From contig CBDBMJ010000001.1 of the NCBI GenBank assembly GCA_965207455.1, positions 928,001 through 992,000 of the forward strand: 64,000 bases of DNA, written 5' to 3'. Numbering within the stretch: the stretch's first letter is position 1; each line of letters starts with the position of its first letter. This document shows, in pieces, positions 28,139 through 38,412 of the stretch. Origin of the DNA: Bdellovibrionota bacterium. Lineage in GTDB: Bacteria; Bdellovibrionota; UBA1018; CAIPTA01; JAALKR01. Made by a program: the position numbers and the translations under genes. The notes under the pieces are model-generated. The model worked only from the letters and a program-made list of their open reading frames with translations. It ran no database searches and was not told the origin of the DNA.

Positions 28139-30093
28139 AAGGAAAATCTAATGGGAATAGGACTTAAGGAGTCCCCCATTTGACCCACCGCTGATCCAAT
28201 GGAAAGAACAGTACCCTGACCCAGTTGCCCCGAATTATTCTTCCCCCAACACTTTATTGTATAATCCTCCAACACAGAACAACTATACTCTGCCCCTGCG
28301 GAAATAGAGCTAATAACTACAGCATCGCCTAAATTGATAGCACCTAGCGCTGCTATACTGCTATTGGTGCTTCCTCCTACACTATCTGCATTTCCCTGCC
28401 CAAGTTGTCCCTCTGTATTGCCTCCCCAACACTTTAACGTAGTATCACTAAGAAGAGCGCAGGTATGATCCCTTCCTGTACTTATGGAACCTGCAGTTAT
28501 ATTTGTCCCAAAGTCAATGGGATTGAGATTTGCCATTTCATCTATGGCATCTCCAATATTGAGTTCATCGCCTTGTCCCAGTTGACCCGAAGAATTTAAA
28601 CCCCAGCATATTACAGAGTCATCATCTAAAATGCTACAGGTATGGTTTGCCCCAGCGGCAATAGCTTTTGCCGTTCTACTCGTCCCTAAATTGATAGCAG
28701 TAAGAGCAGCCATTTCACCAGAGGCATCACCAATATTAGAGGTGCTATCCTGACCCAATTGACCGGAAGAATTCAACCCCCAACACTTTACAGAGTCATT
28801 ATCTAAAATGGCACAAGTATGGTTTTCCCCAGCAGCAACAGCCTTAGCCGTTCTACTCGTTCCTAAATTGATAGCAGTAAGAGTAGCCATTTCACCAGAG
28901 GCATCACCAATAGTAGAGGTGCTATCCTGACCCAATTGACCGGAAGAATTCAACCCCCAACACTTTACAGAGTCATTATCTAAAATAGCACAAGTATGGT
29001 TTTCCCCAGCAGAAATAGCCTTGGCCGTTCTACCTGTTCCTAAGTTGATGCTACTAAGACCAGACACCTCACCAGAGGCATCACCAATAGTAGAGGTGCT
29101 ATCCTGACCCAGTTGGCCCGAAGAATTCAACCCCCAACACTTTACAGAGTCATTATCTAAAATAGCACAAGTATGGTTTTCCCCAGCAGAAATAGCCTTG
29201 GCCGTTCTACCTGTTCCTAAGTCAATAGAGGGGAGGAATTCTAGCTCACCACTCTCATCACCAGTAGTGTCTGTGTTTCCCTGCCCCAGCTCACCATTAG
29301 TAGAAACCCCCCAACAGCGAACACTCTTATCAGGTGAAAGAACGCAAGCATGCTCTTCTCCTGCACTAATAGAAGGCACTTCCCCTAGGGCTACCGCTCG
29401 AGATGGCTGGAAGGCTATATTAAGGTTACTGGCCCCATCTGTGATCACACCAGAGCTAATCGAAATACCCATCAAACCAACACCAGTACAGCCAGACACC
29501 TCCACCACTTGATCACTCAAAGCCTCTCCAATAATAGAGGTACTACATCCTGTGGATTCACCCTGAAAGCTAATGCTCCCGACTTCCAAGTTAGAACTAG
29601 ATAGACCAACACCACTATCCGAATATTCTAAAGAAAATCGAAAAATGGTGCTCGAGTCTCCCCCATCTCTATTTATACTATTTAAAGTAATCGTAGGTGC
29701 TGTATTGTCCACAACACCTATATTAGTTTTTTCTATTGCGCCCACTGAATTTCCTAGAACATCTAGTGCTGTACCTGAAGCTATGGAGACTCCAATACTA
29801 CCATCTCCCGTACATCCTGTTATTTCAACCCTTCGAACTAAATCTCCTGTTTCTATTACAGTTACAGAACAATTCTCTGAATCCCCTGTTACTGTTACAT
29901 CACTTGCCATAAGAGTAATCGTCTCAGCAGCAATGTATTGAATACCAAAACCAAATGTAGTAGTAGAATTACCAACACTTGGACTTACATCTCCCATAAG
30001 AACAGATAAATCGGCAAGAATTTCTTTATCAGAATTCCCACAAGATATATTAAACAACAGTAACGACAAAAAAATAAATTTAAACCTCTTCAT
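28135..30093 (-). CDS. Lipoprotein with two Ig-like domains and a 7-bladed RCC1 beta-propeller
   Basis: Lipobox FNISC and seven HxC...CWGxNxxGQLG repeats of about 59 aa. Confidence 0.9.
   Translation of the reverse strand: MKRFKFIFLSLLLFNISCGNSDKEILADLSVLMGDVSPSVGNSTTTFGFGIQYIAAETITLMASDVTVTGDSENCSVTVIETGDLVRRVEITGCTGDGSIGVSIASGTALDVLGNSVGAIEKTNIGVVDNTAPTITLNSINRDGGDSSTIFRFSLEYSDSGVGLSSSNLEVGSISFQGESTGCSTSIIGEALSDQVVEVSGCTGVGLMGISISSGVITDGASNLNIAFQPSRAVALGEVPSISAGEEHACVLSPDKSVRCWGVSTNGELGQGNTDTTGDESGELEFLPSIDLGTGRTAKAISAGENHTCAILDNDSVKCWGLNSSGQLGQDSTSTIGDASGEVSGLSSINLGTGRTAKAISAGENHTCAILDNDSVKCWGLNSSGQLGQDSTSTIGDASGEMATLTAINLGTSRTAKAVAAGENHTCAILDNDSVKCWGLNSSGQLGQDSTSNIGDASGEMAALTAINLGTSRTAKAIAAGANHTCSILDDDSVICWGLNSSGQLGQGDELNIGDAIDEMANLNPIDFGTNITAGSISTGRDHTCALLSDTTLKCWGGNTEGQLGQGNADSVGGSTNSSIAALGAINLGDAVVISSISAGAEYSCSVLEDYTIKCWGKNNSGQLGQGTVLSIGSAVGQMGDSLSPIPIRFSF
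28560..29222 (-). repeat. Near-identical 177-bp intragenic tandem repeats (RCC1 blades)
   Basis: TTGGCCGTTCTACCTGTTCCTAAG recurs at 29021 and 29198. Blades 2-4 are almost identical at DNA level. Confidence 0.9.
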
Positions 30094-30380
30094 GTATTAG
30101 ACTCCCTCTCAATAATTTTTAAACAGACATATATAAATATAAATCATTTATTCAAAATATAAAAAAAATATTTATAAATTATTTTTTCGTTTAAAGATAA
30201 ACGCAAATATGATTTTATTTACTTGGAAGAATAGAAATACATGAAACTTCAGAAGAGAAAACAGGATTGGGTTGGAAAGAAAATTTCTTAATTTAGATGA
30301 AAGAGAGTTAATGCAACGCAGCTTCATGATGAAGATGCCTAGAGGAGGACTTGTTTCGTTATTTTTTTGCTTTTAGTATC

Positions 30381-30424
30381 AACTACCCCCCTCATGTCTG
30401 TTTTACAACAAAAGGAGGGTAGTT
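30381..30424 (-). terminator. Hairpin downstream of small peptide gene
   Basis: Imperfect inverted repeat AACTACCC..CTC...GAGGGTAGTT. Confidence 0.4.
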
Positions 30425-30441
30425 AATGAATAGAACTTTAA

Positions 30442-30663
30442 CTAATCTCGTGACGAACCAAAGGATCCAGCATTACCTACTGTTGGAGTAACAGGTTTCC
30501 TAGTTCCATTGGGGTTACCAAAAGATGGACCACCAACACTGTACGTTACCTGATTTTTGTTTACTTTATTTCCTCCAGAACCAAAATGGTCAGAGTCAGC
30601 CGCTATAGCACTACTGCTTACACACAGTGCAACAGCACTTATTATTGTCATTATTTTTGTCAT
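30442..30663 (-). CDS. Small secreted Gly/Ser/Asn-rich peptide (73 aa)
   Basis: Strong RBS AAAGGAG before ATG 30663, signal peptide ending AIA/A, and three (H/S)FG(S/N) motifs. Confidence 0.75.
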   Translation of the reverse strand: MTKIMTIISAVALCVSSSAIAADSDHFGSGGNKVNKNQVTYSVGGPSFGNPNGTRKPVTPTVGNAGSFGSSRD

Positions 30664-30886
30664 TACTATTTCTCCTTTATCTATTATTGTTGTTGTTACA
30701 TTTACCTCATATTTCATATCTCATAAGCATAAAGAAGTAAAAGCAAAAAGTATGGAAAAAAAATAAATCTCACATCCGCTCCGATTTACTGACGTAACGC
30801 ACCAATAAGAAATAGACTGTTTCTTGTGTTTTTTTCCTTTTGGAGATACTAGATTCAGGATCACACCTTCATTTTTAAAATAAATA

Positions 30887-33256
30887 ATGCATATCAAAAG
30901 TATTTATGTTACTTGTCATGTCATAAGCATGATGAAAAAAACACAGCACAATAAACTATACGCGTCATATTTTCTGGCTTTTTCTTTTTTCCTTTTTGTC
31001 CCTTCTCTGGCAAAAAGTAGTCCAGAAGATGAAGATAGGAATAACAATGGTGCGCCCACTTTAAATAATGACGGTAGCAATACAAGTGATATATTAAATT
31101 TTGTATTATTGGATCCTGCAATCAATCTACTCCTTTCTCAGATAAATCATTCCATATCAACAGAAGACTATCTGAGTCAATCCAGAGAAAACTGGGATAG
31201 AATAGAAAATATAATTGATAACCACGACGGCAGTTCTAGTGATCTTAGAGGCTTAGAGGCTGGTTCTTGGGGGAACGTAATCGCTGATACTAAATTCAAA
31301 GCCAAACGAAGGCTCTTAATATCTAATCATGACTTTCAAGAAAGCGAGGGAAGCAACTCCAACCTTAAGGTGATGGATTACTTTTCTGCTGAGGCTACCC
31401 TAGGCTACCTTCAAACTCTAGAATCCGGTATTCAGGCCGTACCCAGTTTTTTTATTGGAGGGAGCTATAAAAGGAGTTTCCGTCATATAAAGCCCGTAGA
31501 GCTTGGAGAGAGTGGAAGTATCCCTTGGAAAAAATTATCTACTCCTTTTATGGAATTCTTACCTAAAATATTTTTTGAAAGCGCCGACGTATTGGGAGAG
31601 GATGGTCAAGATACTTTAAGTATAGTTCTTGAACACCTTAAATATAACGAGGCATTAATTATAACAGATCATATCACCTCAGAGCAGTCTCTCAGCGTAA
31701 GATCACCCATGGAGGCTCTATTTAATTTAAGCATAGCATCTGGCTATATGAACTTTATTTCCGCTGGTTTTGGAAATAGAGAAGTAGAAATCAAAAAAAC
31801 AACTATTATTAGAAAAAAAGACGGCATATACGTTCATGTAAACTCTAAAGAAAGTGATAGTAGCAATTTTAATTTTGGGATAAATTATCTTTTAAATTTA
31901 TTCACCCTCAACACTGAAGAAGAAAAATCTTCTTCCACCTTAAATGTTTATAAAATACCTGATCCTTCATTAGTCAAGTTGCCTGAAGAAGATCTTTCCG
32001 ACTCGTCTAGTGAAGATGAGAAAAAGAAATTTATAACTGAAAGAAAAAATTTAAGCAAAATATTGAAACTCGCTATAAGAAATAATGATCAGTACTACTT
32101 CAAAAATTATTTCTCTCCCAATACGAAGGTTCACCATGAATTAGTGACAAATTCCAATGGATCCGAGTTTTTAAAGTGGAAAAATTCTGGGTTCCAGGAA
32201 TCTCATTTTGTAAATATAAAGGTTCCTGAGAAGAACAAGAATATTAAGATATATGTCTCACGAAAAGGCTCCATAATGGGAGATACTGGCTGGTACGATT
32301 GGTTCTTTCGTATTTTAAGAAGTATAGAGGAAGAAGAAAGAATATTGAGAAACTGGGGGTTGAAAATAAAAGTTCCTTCCCGTCATAATCCATCAGAAAC
32401 CCCTTTCGGTGAAGCTCGTTGGAGAATTGCTTCTACACAAATAGATTATACAAAAAAATCAGATACAGAAGAAAAAGCTATCGGTATTGTTCAAGAATTT
32501 TCTGGTGGTTGGAATAATTCTGAAACAAATACAATAAGTACTCTTAATAATTTTGTAAGAAATCTTCATTTTCTAGATATTCGACTAAATTTAAATGTAA
32601 TAGATAGTTTTAAGCGAAAGTATGGAAAGATGGAGTCTTACCGAATGGAATCCACCGTAAATATATTTCAATCAGGATTAAATAAGATAAAAAATTTGAT
32701 ATTGAGATCATCAGAAAAAAAGCTCTACAATCTTTTACTAGAAGCATACGGACACGGGGAAGAATATCCACGAAAAATAGGGAAAGAGAAATATACAGAC
32801 TTTTGTATATATGCGCCAGCACCAAGCGGCGGTTTCATTTTTTCTGATGCAAACAAAGACCGCTATAGCCATTATAAAAACCATCCAAAAGCTAATTGTA
32901 CAACTAAAAATTTAAATGATATTTTTAGATTACAGCATAAATTTCCTAAAAAAGGTATGAAGAAGCAGGCAAAATGGAATACAAAACTACTCTATGCTTT
33001 GAGTAGGGAAATGCCGGGAAAAGCATTTCTCAACTTTTTATCTAGAAATTTAAATAAAGAAGATTATGACCATAGTGTGAATGTGAGTGGATACTTAAAA
33101 GGAAATAAAGAGGCTGCTGGAAAAGAAAATGCTCACTTTTTCCAAGAAAATCTTGTGAGGTCTCAACGTAAGGAAACTGGTGGCTGGACTCGCTTCTACT
33201 CAAAAGAGCTGGGAATACCCGAAAGTGAGTTAAAAGTATCCAATAGCAAATTCTAG
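30887..33256 (+). CDS. Large secreted hypothetical protein
   Basis: 789-aa ORF with a hydrophobic N-terminal signal (FLAFSFFLFVPSLA). No family recognised. Confidence 0.7.
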   Translation: MHIKSIYVTCHVISMMKKTQHNKLYASYFLAFSFFLFVPSLAKSSPEDEDRNNNGAPTLNNDGSNTSDILNFVLLDPAINLLLSQINHSISTEDYLSQSRENWDRIENIIDNHDGSSSDLRGLEAGSWGNVIADTKFKAKRRLLISNHDFQESEGSNSNLKVMDYFSAEATLGYLQTLESGIQAVPSFFIGGSYKRSFRHIKPVELGESGSIPWKKLSTPFMEFLPKIFFESADVLGEDGQDTLSIVLEHLKYNEALIITDHITSEQSLSVRSPMEALFNLSIASGYMNFISAGFGNREVEIKKTTIIRKKDGIYVHVNSKESDSSNFNFGINYLLNLFTLNTEEEKSSSTLNVYKIPDPSLVKLPEEDLSDSSSEDEKKKFITERKNLSKILKLAIRNNDQYYFKNYFSPNTKVHHELVTNSNGSEFLKWKNSGFQESHFVNIKVPEKNKNIKIYVSRKGSIMGDTGWYDWFFRILRSIEEEERILRNWGLKIKVPSRHNPSETPFGEARWRIASTQIDYTKKSDTEEKAIGIVQEFSGGWNNSETNTISTLNNFVRNLHFLDIRLNLNVIDSFKRKYGKMESYRMESTVNIFQSGLNKIKNLILRSSEKKLYNLLLEAYGHGEEYPRKIGKEKYTDFCIYAPAPSGGFIFSDANKDRYSHYKNHPKANCTTKNLNDIFRLQHKFPKKGMKKQAKWNTKLLYALSREMPGKAFLNFLSRNLNKEDYDHSVNVSGYLKGNKEAAGKENAHFFQENLVRSQRKETGGWTRFYSKELGIPESELKVSNSKF

Positions 33257-33355
33257 TAAAAACTCACTTAGGTGACTTCCTCTATAGATTTATCGCAACG
33301 CATTATGCAGTATATTATAAAAAAGTATTGATTCAATACGCTCAACTGACTATAC

Positions 33356-34141
33356 ATGAGAGAAAGTATGAATTCACCTTTATTAGAAATTAAAAACCTC
33401 CATGTGGAAGTAGAAGGAAAAGAAATTTTAAAGGGCATTTCCCTAACGATGAATCGTGGGGAAATTCACGCCATCATGGGCAGGAATGGCTCTGGGAAAA
33501 CCACCCTTGCCAACGTGGTTATGGGACACCCCCAGTATATCGTCACCCGTGGAGATATTCTATTAGCCGGGGAAAGCATTCTAAATCTTGCTCCCTACGA
33601 GCGCGCCAGAAAACGACTATTTTTGGCATTTCAATACCCAGTAGCTGTCCCTGGTATAAGCGTGGGTAATTTTTTACGAGCCTCCCTAAAAGCTGTTCGT
33701 GGAGATGAAATTCCTATAAAAGAAATGCGTCAACTTATCCGTACAGAAATGAAGCAAGTGGGAGTAAATGAAGATTTTCTAAAAAGGTTCCTAAATGATG
33801 GCTTCAGCGGTGGAGAAAAAAAACGATTAGAAATGCTACAAATGCAGCTGCTACAGCCCAAAGTAGCCATACTGGACGAAACTGATTCCGGTTTAGATAT
33901 TGACTCTTTAAAGAAAGTTTCCTCTGTAATTGAAGCTTGTAGAAACCCTAACCGCAGTATATTGCTTATCACTCACTACCAACGCCTACTTTCCCATGTG
34001 AAACCCGATCATGTACATGTATTACTAGATGGAAAAATAGTAAAAAGTGGCTGTTCATTATTAGCTGAAGAGTTAGAAAAAAAGGGCTACGATTGGGTGG
34101 AACCAGTAAAACCATCATCTTCAACAGCACCGAAGGAATAA
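33356..34141 (+). CDS. sufC: Fe-S cluster assembly ATPase SufC
   Basis: Motifs GRNGSGKT, FSGGEKKR, LDETDSGLDID and ITHYQRLL. Confidence 0.95.
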   Translation: MRESMNSPLLEIKNLHVEVEGKEILKGISLTMNRGEIHAIMGRNGSGKTTLANVVMGHPQYIVTRGDILLAGESILNLAPYERARKRLFLAFQYPVAVPGISVGNFLRASLKAVRGDEIPIKEMRQLIRTEMKQVGVNEDFLKRFLNDGFSGGEKKRLEMLQMQLLQPKVAILDETDSGLDIDSLKKVSSVIEACRNPNRSILLITHYQRLLSHVKPDHVHVLLDGKIVKSGCSLLAEELEKKGYDWVEPVKPSSSTAPKE

Positions 34142-34143
34142 GA

Positions 34144-35400
34144 ATGGATAGAATAAAAGAGCCCGATTGGCTTAGTGGACTTAGAACGAGTGCAAGTTTA
34201 AAATTCAAGTCCTTACCACCAATAAGTCATAATCAAGAGTCATTTAAATATACCTATATGGGAGACACAGACCTTTCCATTGCTCCTCATAATAGTTTCA
34301 GCAGCTCATTTCCCCATCATTTAAAGCAAAAAGCACCTAATGAGCTATTGCTTTGCCTTTATGGTCCTAGGCGAGAAGAGTTATTTTCAGATAATACGAA
34401 ACAACTTATTTTCTCAGATCTATTGAGTGCTTTAGAAAAAAATCCAGCACTTGTGGAAAAACACATGTCTACGCCCTCTTCTTTTCAAGAAGATAAGCTA
34501 GCTCAATTAGCAATTGCTTCCTGGGGAAATGGCGCTTTTATCCATATTCCCGACGAAACAAAAATTTCCCCTACTCTAAAAGTGCGCCATTATTTCACTG
34601 CTGAACAAAAATGCTTGCAAAATCGAAGTATTATTATTTTAGGGAAAAATTCAGAATGTACCATTGTGGAAGAAATGCATGGAGACGACTCCAAAGAAAC
34701 GCTCTTATCCAATGGTTTACTTGATGTTTTTCTAGGTGAAAATGCAAAATTAAAATATATATATTTGCAATTTTTTGGAGAAAACACCCAAGGGTTTTCC
34801 CGTCAACAATTTTCTTTATCTAAAGATGCATCCATGGAAGCTGTTCACATACAGATTGGAGGAAAGAAAATACAACAACGAGTAGATGTGAATTTAAAAG
34901 AAAATGGATCTACTGCAAATATGTGGGCAATGGCTCAAGGAAATAAAACCCAACATTTAGATTCTATTACTAATGTATACCATCGAGGTAAAAATACAAC
35001 AAGTAAGCTAGAACATTTTTCAATTCTTTCTGAAAAATCAAATTCGGTATTTAATGCTTTAGCCAATGTAAAAGAATCTGCACTCAATAGTAATGTGAGT
35101 CAAAAAAGTCGCTGTCTTTTACTATCGGATAAAGCTCGTGCCCATGGCATGCCTAAACTTATTGTTAAAACAAATGAACTAGTTTGCTACCATGGATTCA
35201 GCACAAGCCGCATAGATAAAGAACAAATGTATTATCTAGAAAGCCGTGGAATTGACCCCCAACAATCTCTAAAAATGTCATTGCAAAGCTTTGCAACACC
35301 GGTAATCTCCAAATTACCTACCCAAGAGTTGCAAGATCAAGTCTTCAGTACATTAGAAAAAAAATATTTTTCAAACGATGAGTACCTCCTATATGCTTAA
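34144..35400 (+). CDS. sufD: Fe-S cluster assembly protein SufD (divergent)
   Basis: SufBD beta-helix, PKLIV...CYHG and QMYYLESRGI; lies between sufC and sufS. Confidence 0.85.
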   Translation: MDRIKEPDWLSGLRTSASLKFKSLPPISHNQESFKYTYMGDTDLSIAPHNSFSSSFPHHLKQKAPNELLLCLYGPRREELFSDNTKQLIFSDLLSALEKNPALVEKHMSTPSSFQEDKLAQLAIASWGNGAFIHIPDETKISPTLKVRHYFTAEQKCLQNRSIIILGKNSECTIVEEMHGDDSKETLLSNGLLDVFLGENAKLKYIYLQFFGENTQGFSRQQFSLSKDASMEAVHIQIGGKKIQQRVDVNLKENGSTANMWAMAQGNKTQHLDSITNVYHRGKNTTSKLEHFSILSEKSNSVFNALANVKESALNSNVSQKSRCLLLSDKARAHGMPKLIVKTNELVCYHGFSTSRIDKEQMYYLESRGIDPQQSLKMSLQSFATPVISKLPTQELQDQVFSTLEKKYFSNDEYLLYA

Positions 35401-36622
35401 TACTTTTCCCATAGAAACTATTCGAAAGGACTTTCCCATTCTTTCCCAAAAAATTCGAGGAAAAAATTTAGTGTACCTAGATAGTGCCAATAGCTCTCAG
35501 CGGCCCAGTGCTGTTTTAAATAAAATTGAAGAAATCTATTCCATGAGTTATGCTAACGTCCATCGAGGAAATCATTTTCTTAGCAGTAGGATTTCCGACG
35601 AATACGAAAATTCTCGCAGAACAGTGGCAAGCTTTTTGGGAACTCCCAATGAAAAAGAAATTATATTTACACGAGGTACTACAGAATCCATAAACCTCGT
35701 TGCCCATGCTTGGGGTAGAAAACATATTCAAGCAGGAGATGTTATCGCAGTAACCGCAATGGAGCATCACTCCAATTTTGTACCATGGCAGATTTTAGCC
35801 CAAGAAAAAGGAGCAAAATTTTGTATTGTGGAGCTCAATAGTGAAGGTCTTTTAGATGAAAATGACTTTGAACGCATACTAAATATGAAACCTAAACTCC
35901 TAGCCATTACGCACATGAGTAATGTGCTGGGAACAATCCTTCCATTATCTAAACTAACAAAAAAAGCCAAACAAGCGGGTGCTACCGTATTTGTAGATGG
36001 AGCTCAAAGCATAGTTCACCTACCCAGTACTCTTTCAGATATGGGGCCCATTGATTTTTTTGCTTTTTCCTCTCATAAAATTTATGGACCCACAGGAATT
36101 GGCGTGCTTTGGGGAAAGCAAGATGTCTTGGAAAGTATGCCTCCCCATTACTATGGAGGAGCAATGATTTCCCATGTGGGAGATCAAGAAAGTACTTGGA
36201 CAGATTTGCCCTGGAGATTAGAGGCAGGAACCCCTCATATCGTCGGAGCCATAAGTCTCGCCACCGCATTGAATTATATGGATAAAATAGGACGCGAGGC
36301 AATTTACTCCTATGAACAGGATCTAACAAAATACGCCTTGGCTGAGCTACAAAATATGAAAAATCTTTCTTTATTTGGATCCAGAGAAAATCAAAACTCT
36401 GTCATCAGTTTTGCCATCGATGGCGTACACCATAATGATGTAGCGAGTTTTTTAGATATGGAGGGAATTGCAGTTCGTGCAGGCCACCACTGCACTCAGC
36501 CACTGATGCGTAGACTGGGAGTGGATGGAACCTGTAGAGCAAGTTTTGCTCTATATACCACTAAAAAAGAGATAGATTTTTTTATTGAAAAATTAAACCA
36601 AGCTAAAAAGACTTTTTTATAA
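35378..36622 (+). CDS. sufS: Cysteine desulfurase SufS
   Basis: Motifs YLDSA, NVHRG, SSHKIYGPTG and RAGHHCTQP. Confidence 0.95.
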   Translation: MSTSYMLNTFPIETIRKDFPILSQKIRGKNLVYLDSANSSQRPSAVLNKIEEIYSMSYANVHRGNHFLSSRISDEYENSRRTVASFLGTPNEKEIIFTRGTTESINLVAHAWGRKHIQAGDVIAVTAMEHHSNFVPWQILAQEKGAKFCIVELNSEGLLDENDFERILNMKPKLLAITHMSNVLGTILPLSKLTKKAKQAGATVFVDGAQSIVHLPSTLSDMGPIDFFAFSSHKIYGPTGIGVLWGKQDVLESMPPHYYGGAMISHVGDQESTWTDLPWRLEAGTPHIVGAISLATALNYMDKIGREAIYSYEQDLTKYALAELQNMKNLSLFGSRENQNSVISFAIDGVHHNDVASFLDMEGIAVRAGHHCTQPLMRRLGVDGTCRASFALYTTKKEIDFFIEKLNQAKKTFL

Positions 36623-36635
36623 AAAAGGAGATATA

Positions 36636-36935
36636 ATGGAACCGAAAGAATTAATGGAATGGCTACAGCCAGTAGAAGACCCAGAATTATTTATGAGCAT
36701 TGTAGATTTAGGTTTAATTTATAAAGCTCAAGTTGACAATGGAGTGGCCACAATTGAAATGACACTTACTAGCCCAGGTTGTCCCGCAGGAGATTATATT
36801 GTGAACTCTATTAAAACGCGTGCAGAAGAACATAAGAAAGTTAAAACTGCAACTGTGGAAATTGTATGGGAACCGAAATGGGACCCATCCACAATGGCAT
36901 CAGAAGAAGCTAAAGATAAACTAGGAATTTGGTAA
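36636..36935 (+). CDS. sufT: DUF59 metal-sulfur cluster assembly factor (SufT)
   Basis: Motifs [21 protein letters not shown] and VWEPKW. Confidence 0.9.
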   Translation: MEPKELMEWLQPVEDPELFMSIVDLGLIYKAQVDNGVATIEMTLTSPGCPAGDYIVNSIKTRAEEHKKVKTATVEIVWEPKWDPSTMASEEAKDKLGIW

Positions 36936-36955
36936 TTAATATAGGAAACCGTACT

Positions 36956-38392
36956 ATGAATGCTGATATTAAGAAAAAAATAAATAAAAAATATGAATAT
37001 GGATTTGTTACTGATATTGAATCAGAACAAGCAAGCCCTGGAATTAATGAAGATATTATTCAATTTATATCCCAAAAAAAACAAGAACCAAAATGGATGC
37101 TGGAATGGCGTTTAAAAGCATATAACAAGTGGAAAGATATGAAAGAGCCAACTTGGGCCTATCTTAACTATACTCCCATAAAATATAACGACATTATTTA
37201 TTATTCTGCGCCTAAACAAAAAAAAGAATTAAAAAGCTTAAACGAAGTAGACCCTAAATTATTGGAAACATATGAAAAATTAGGCATACCTCTGCAAGAA
37301 CAAAAACGACTTTCTGGTGTTGCCATGGATGTGGTCTTCGACTCCATATCAGTGGTTACAACACAAAGAGAAACTTTAAAAAAGGCAGGCGTTATTTTTT
37401 GTTCTATTTCAGAAGCAATTCGAAAATATCCTGAACTAATAAAGAAATATATGGGGTCAGTTGTACCCATTTCAGATAATTACTTTTCAGCACTTAATTC
37501 TGCTGTGTTCACCGATGGTTCCTTTTGTTATATACCTAAGGGAGTAAAATGCCCCTTAGATTTATCTACTTATTTTCGTATCAATGCAGAAGGTACGGGT
37601 CAATTTGAACGAACACTGCTTATTGCAGACGAAGGAAGTGAGGTCTCTTATTTAGAGGGCTGTACAGCACCTCAACGAGACGAAAACCAACTGCATGCCG
37701 CTGTTGTTGAACTAATAGCCCATAAAGACGCAACCATTAAATATACAACTGTTCAAAACTGGTATGCCGGCGATGAAAATGGTAAGGGGGGGATCTATAA
37801 TTTTGTTACCAAACGTGGGCTGTGTGAAGGGAATTCTTCCTTTATCTCTTGGACTCAAGTGGAAACAGGCTCATCCATTACTTGGAAATATCCAAGCTGT
37901 ATTTTAAAGGGAGATTATTCCAGAGGAGAATTTTATTCGGTAGCCATTACTAATAATAAAATGCAGGCAGATACTGGTACTAAAATGATTCATGTGGGAA
38001 AGGGCACCACTAGCCATATTCTTTCCAAAGGAATTTCTGCCCAATCTGGCATAAACTCCTACCGTGGTGAAGTAAGTATTCTTCCAAATGCACAAAATGC
38101 TAGAAATCACACCCAATGCGATTCCCTACTCCTAGGAGGAAAATGCCAAGCAAACACCTTTCCCCATATCAGCATAAAAAATAAATCTGCCATTGTTGAG
38201 CATGAAGCCACAGCCTCCAAGGTGGAAGAAGAACAACTTTTTTACCTGCAATCTAGGGGAATAAATGAGCAAGATGCTACTAAATTAATCATAAACGGCT
38301 ATTGTGAAGAAGTTTTCAATCATTTACCCATGGAATTTTCCATTGAAGCCAACCGTCTGTTAGACTTAAAGTTAGAGGGCTGTATTGGATAA
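36956..38392 (+). CDS. sufB: Fe-S cluster assembly protein SufB
   Basis: Motifs [23 protein letters not shown] and TWKYPSC. Confidence 0.97.
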   Translation: MNADIKKKINKKYEYGFVTDIESEQASPGINEDIIQFISQKKQEPKWMLEWRLKAYNKWKDMKEPTWAYLNYTPIKYNDIIYYSAPKQKKELKSLNEVDPKLLETYEKLGIPLQEQKRLSGVAMDVVFDSISVVTTQRETLKKAGVIFCSISEAIRKYPELIKKYMGSVVPISDNYFSALNSAVFTDGSFCYIPKGVKCPLDLSTYFRINAEGTGQFERTLLIADEGSEVSYLEGCTAPQRDENQLHAAVVELIAHKDATIKYTTVQNWYAGDENGKGGIYNFVTKRGLCEGNSSFISWTQVETGSSITWKYPSCILKGDYSRGEFYSVAITNNKMQADTGTKMIHVGKGTTSHILSKGISAQSGINSYRGEVSILPNAQNARNHTQCDSLLLGGKCQANTFPHISIKNKSAIVEHEATASKVEEEQLFYLQSRGINEQDATKLIINGYCEEVFNHLPMEFSIEANRLLDLKLEGCIG

Positions 38393-38412
38393 CTATTGGA
38401 AGTCTTACATTA

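Noticed and set aside
28560..29222. Possible DGR template/variable repeat pair in the RCC1 gene
   Set aside because: The repeats are in-frame tandem blades, differences are not adenine-specific, and there is no reverse transcriptase in the window.
30094..30441. Riboswitch or sRNA upstream of the RCC1 lipoprotein
   Set aside because: Very AT-rich with no recognisable conserved aptamer; an Rfam/Infernal search would be needed.
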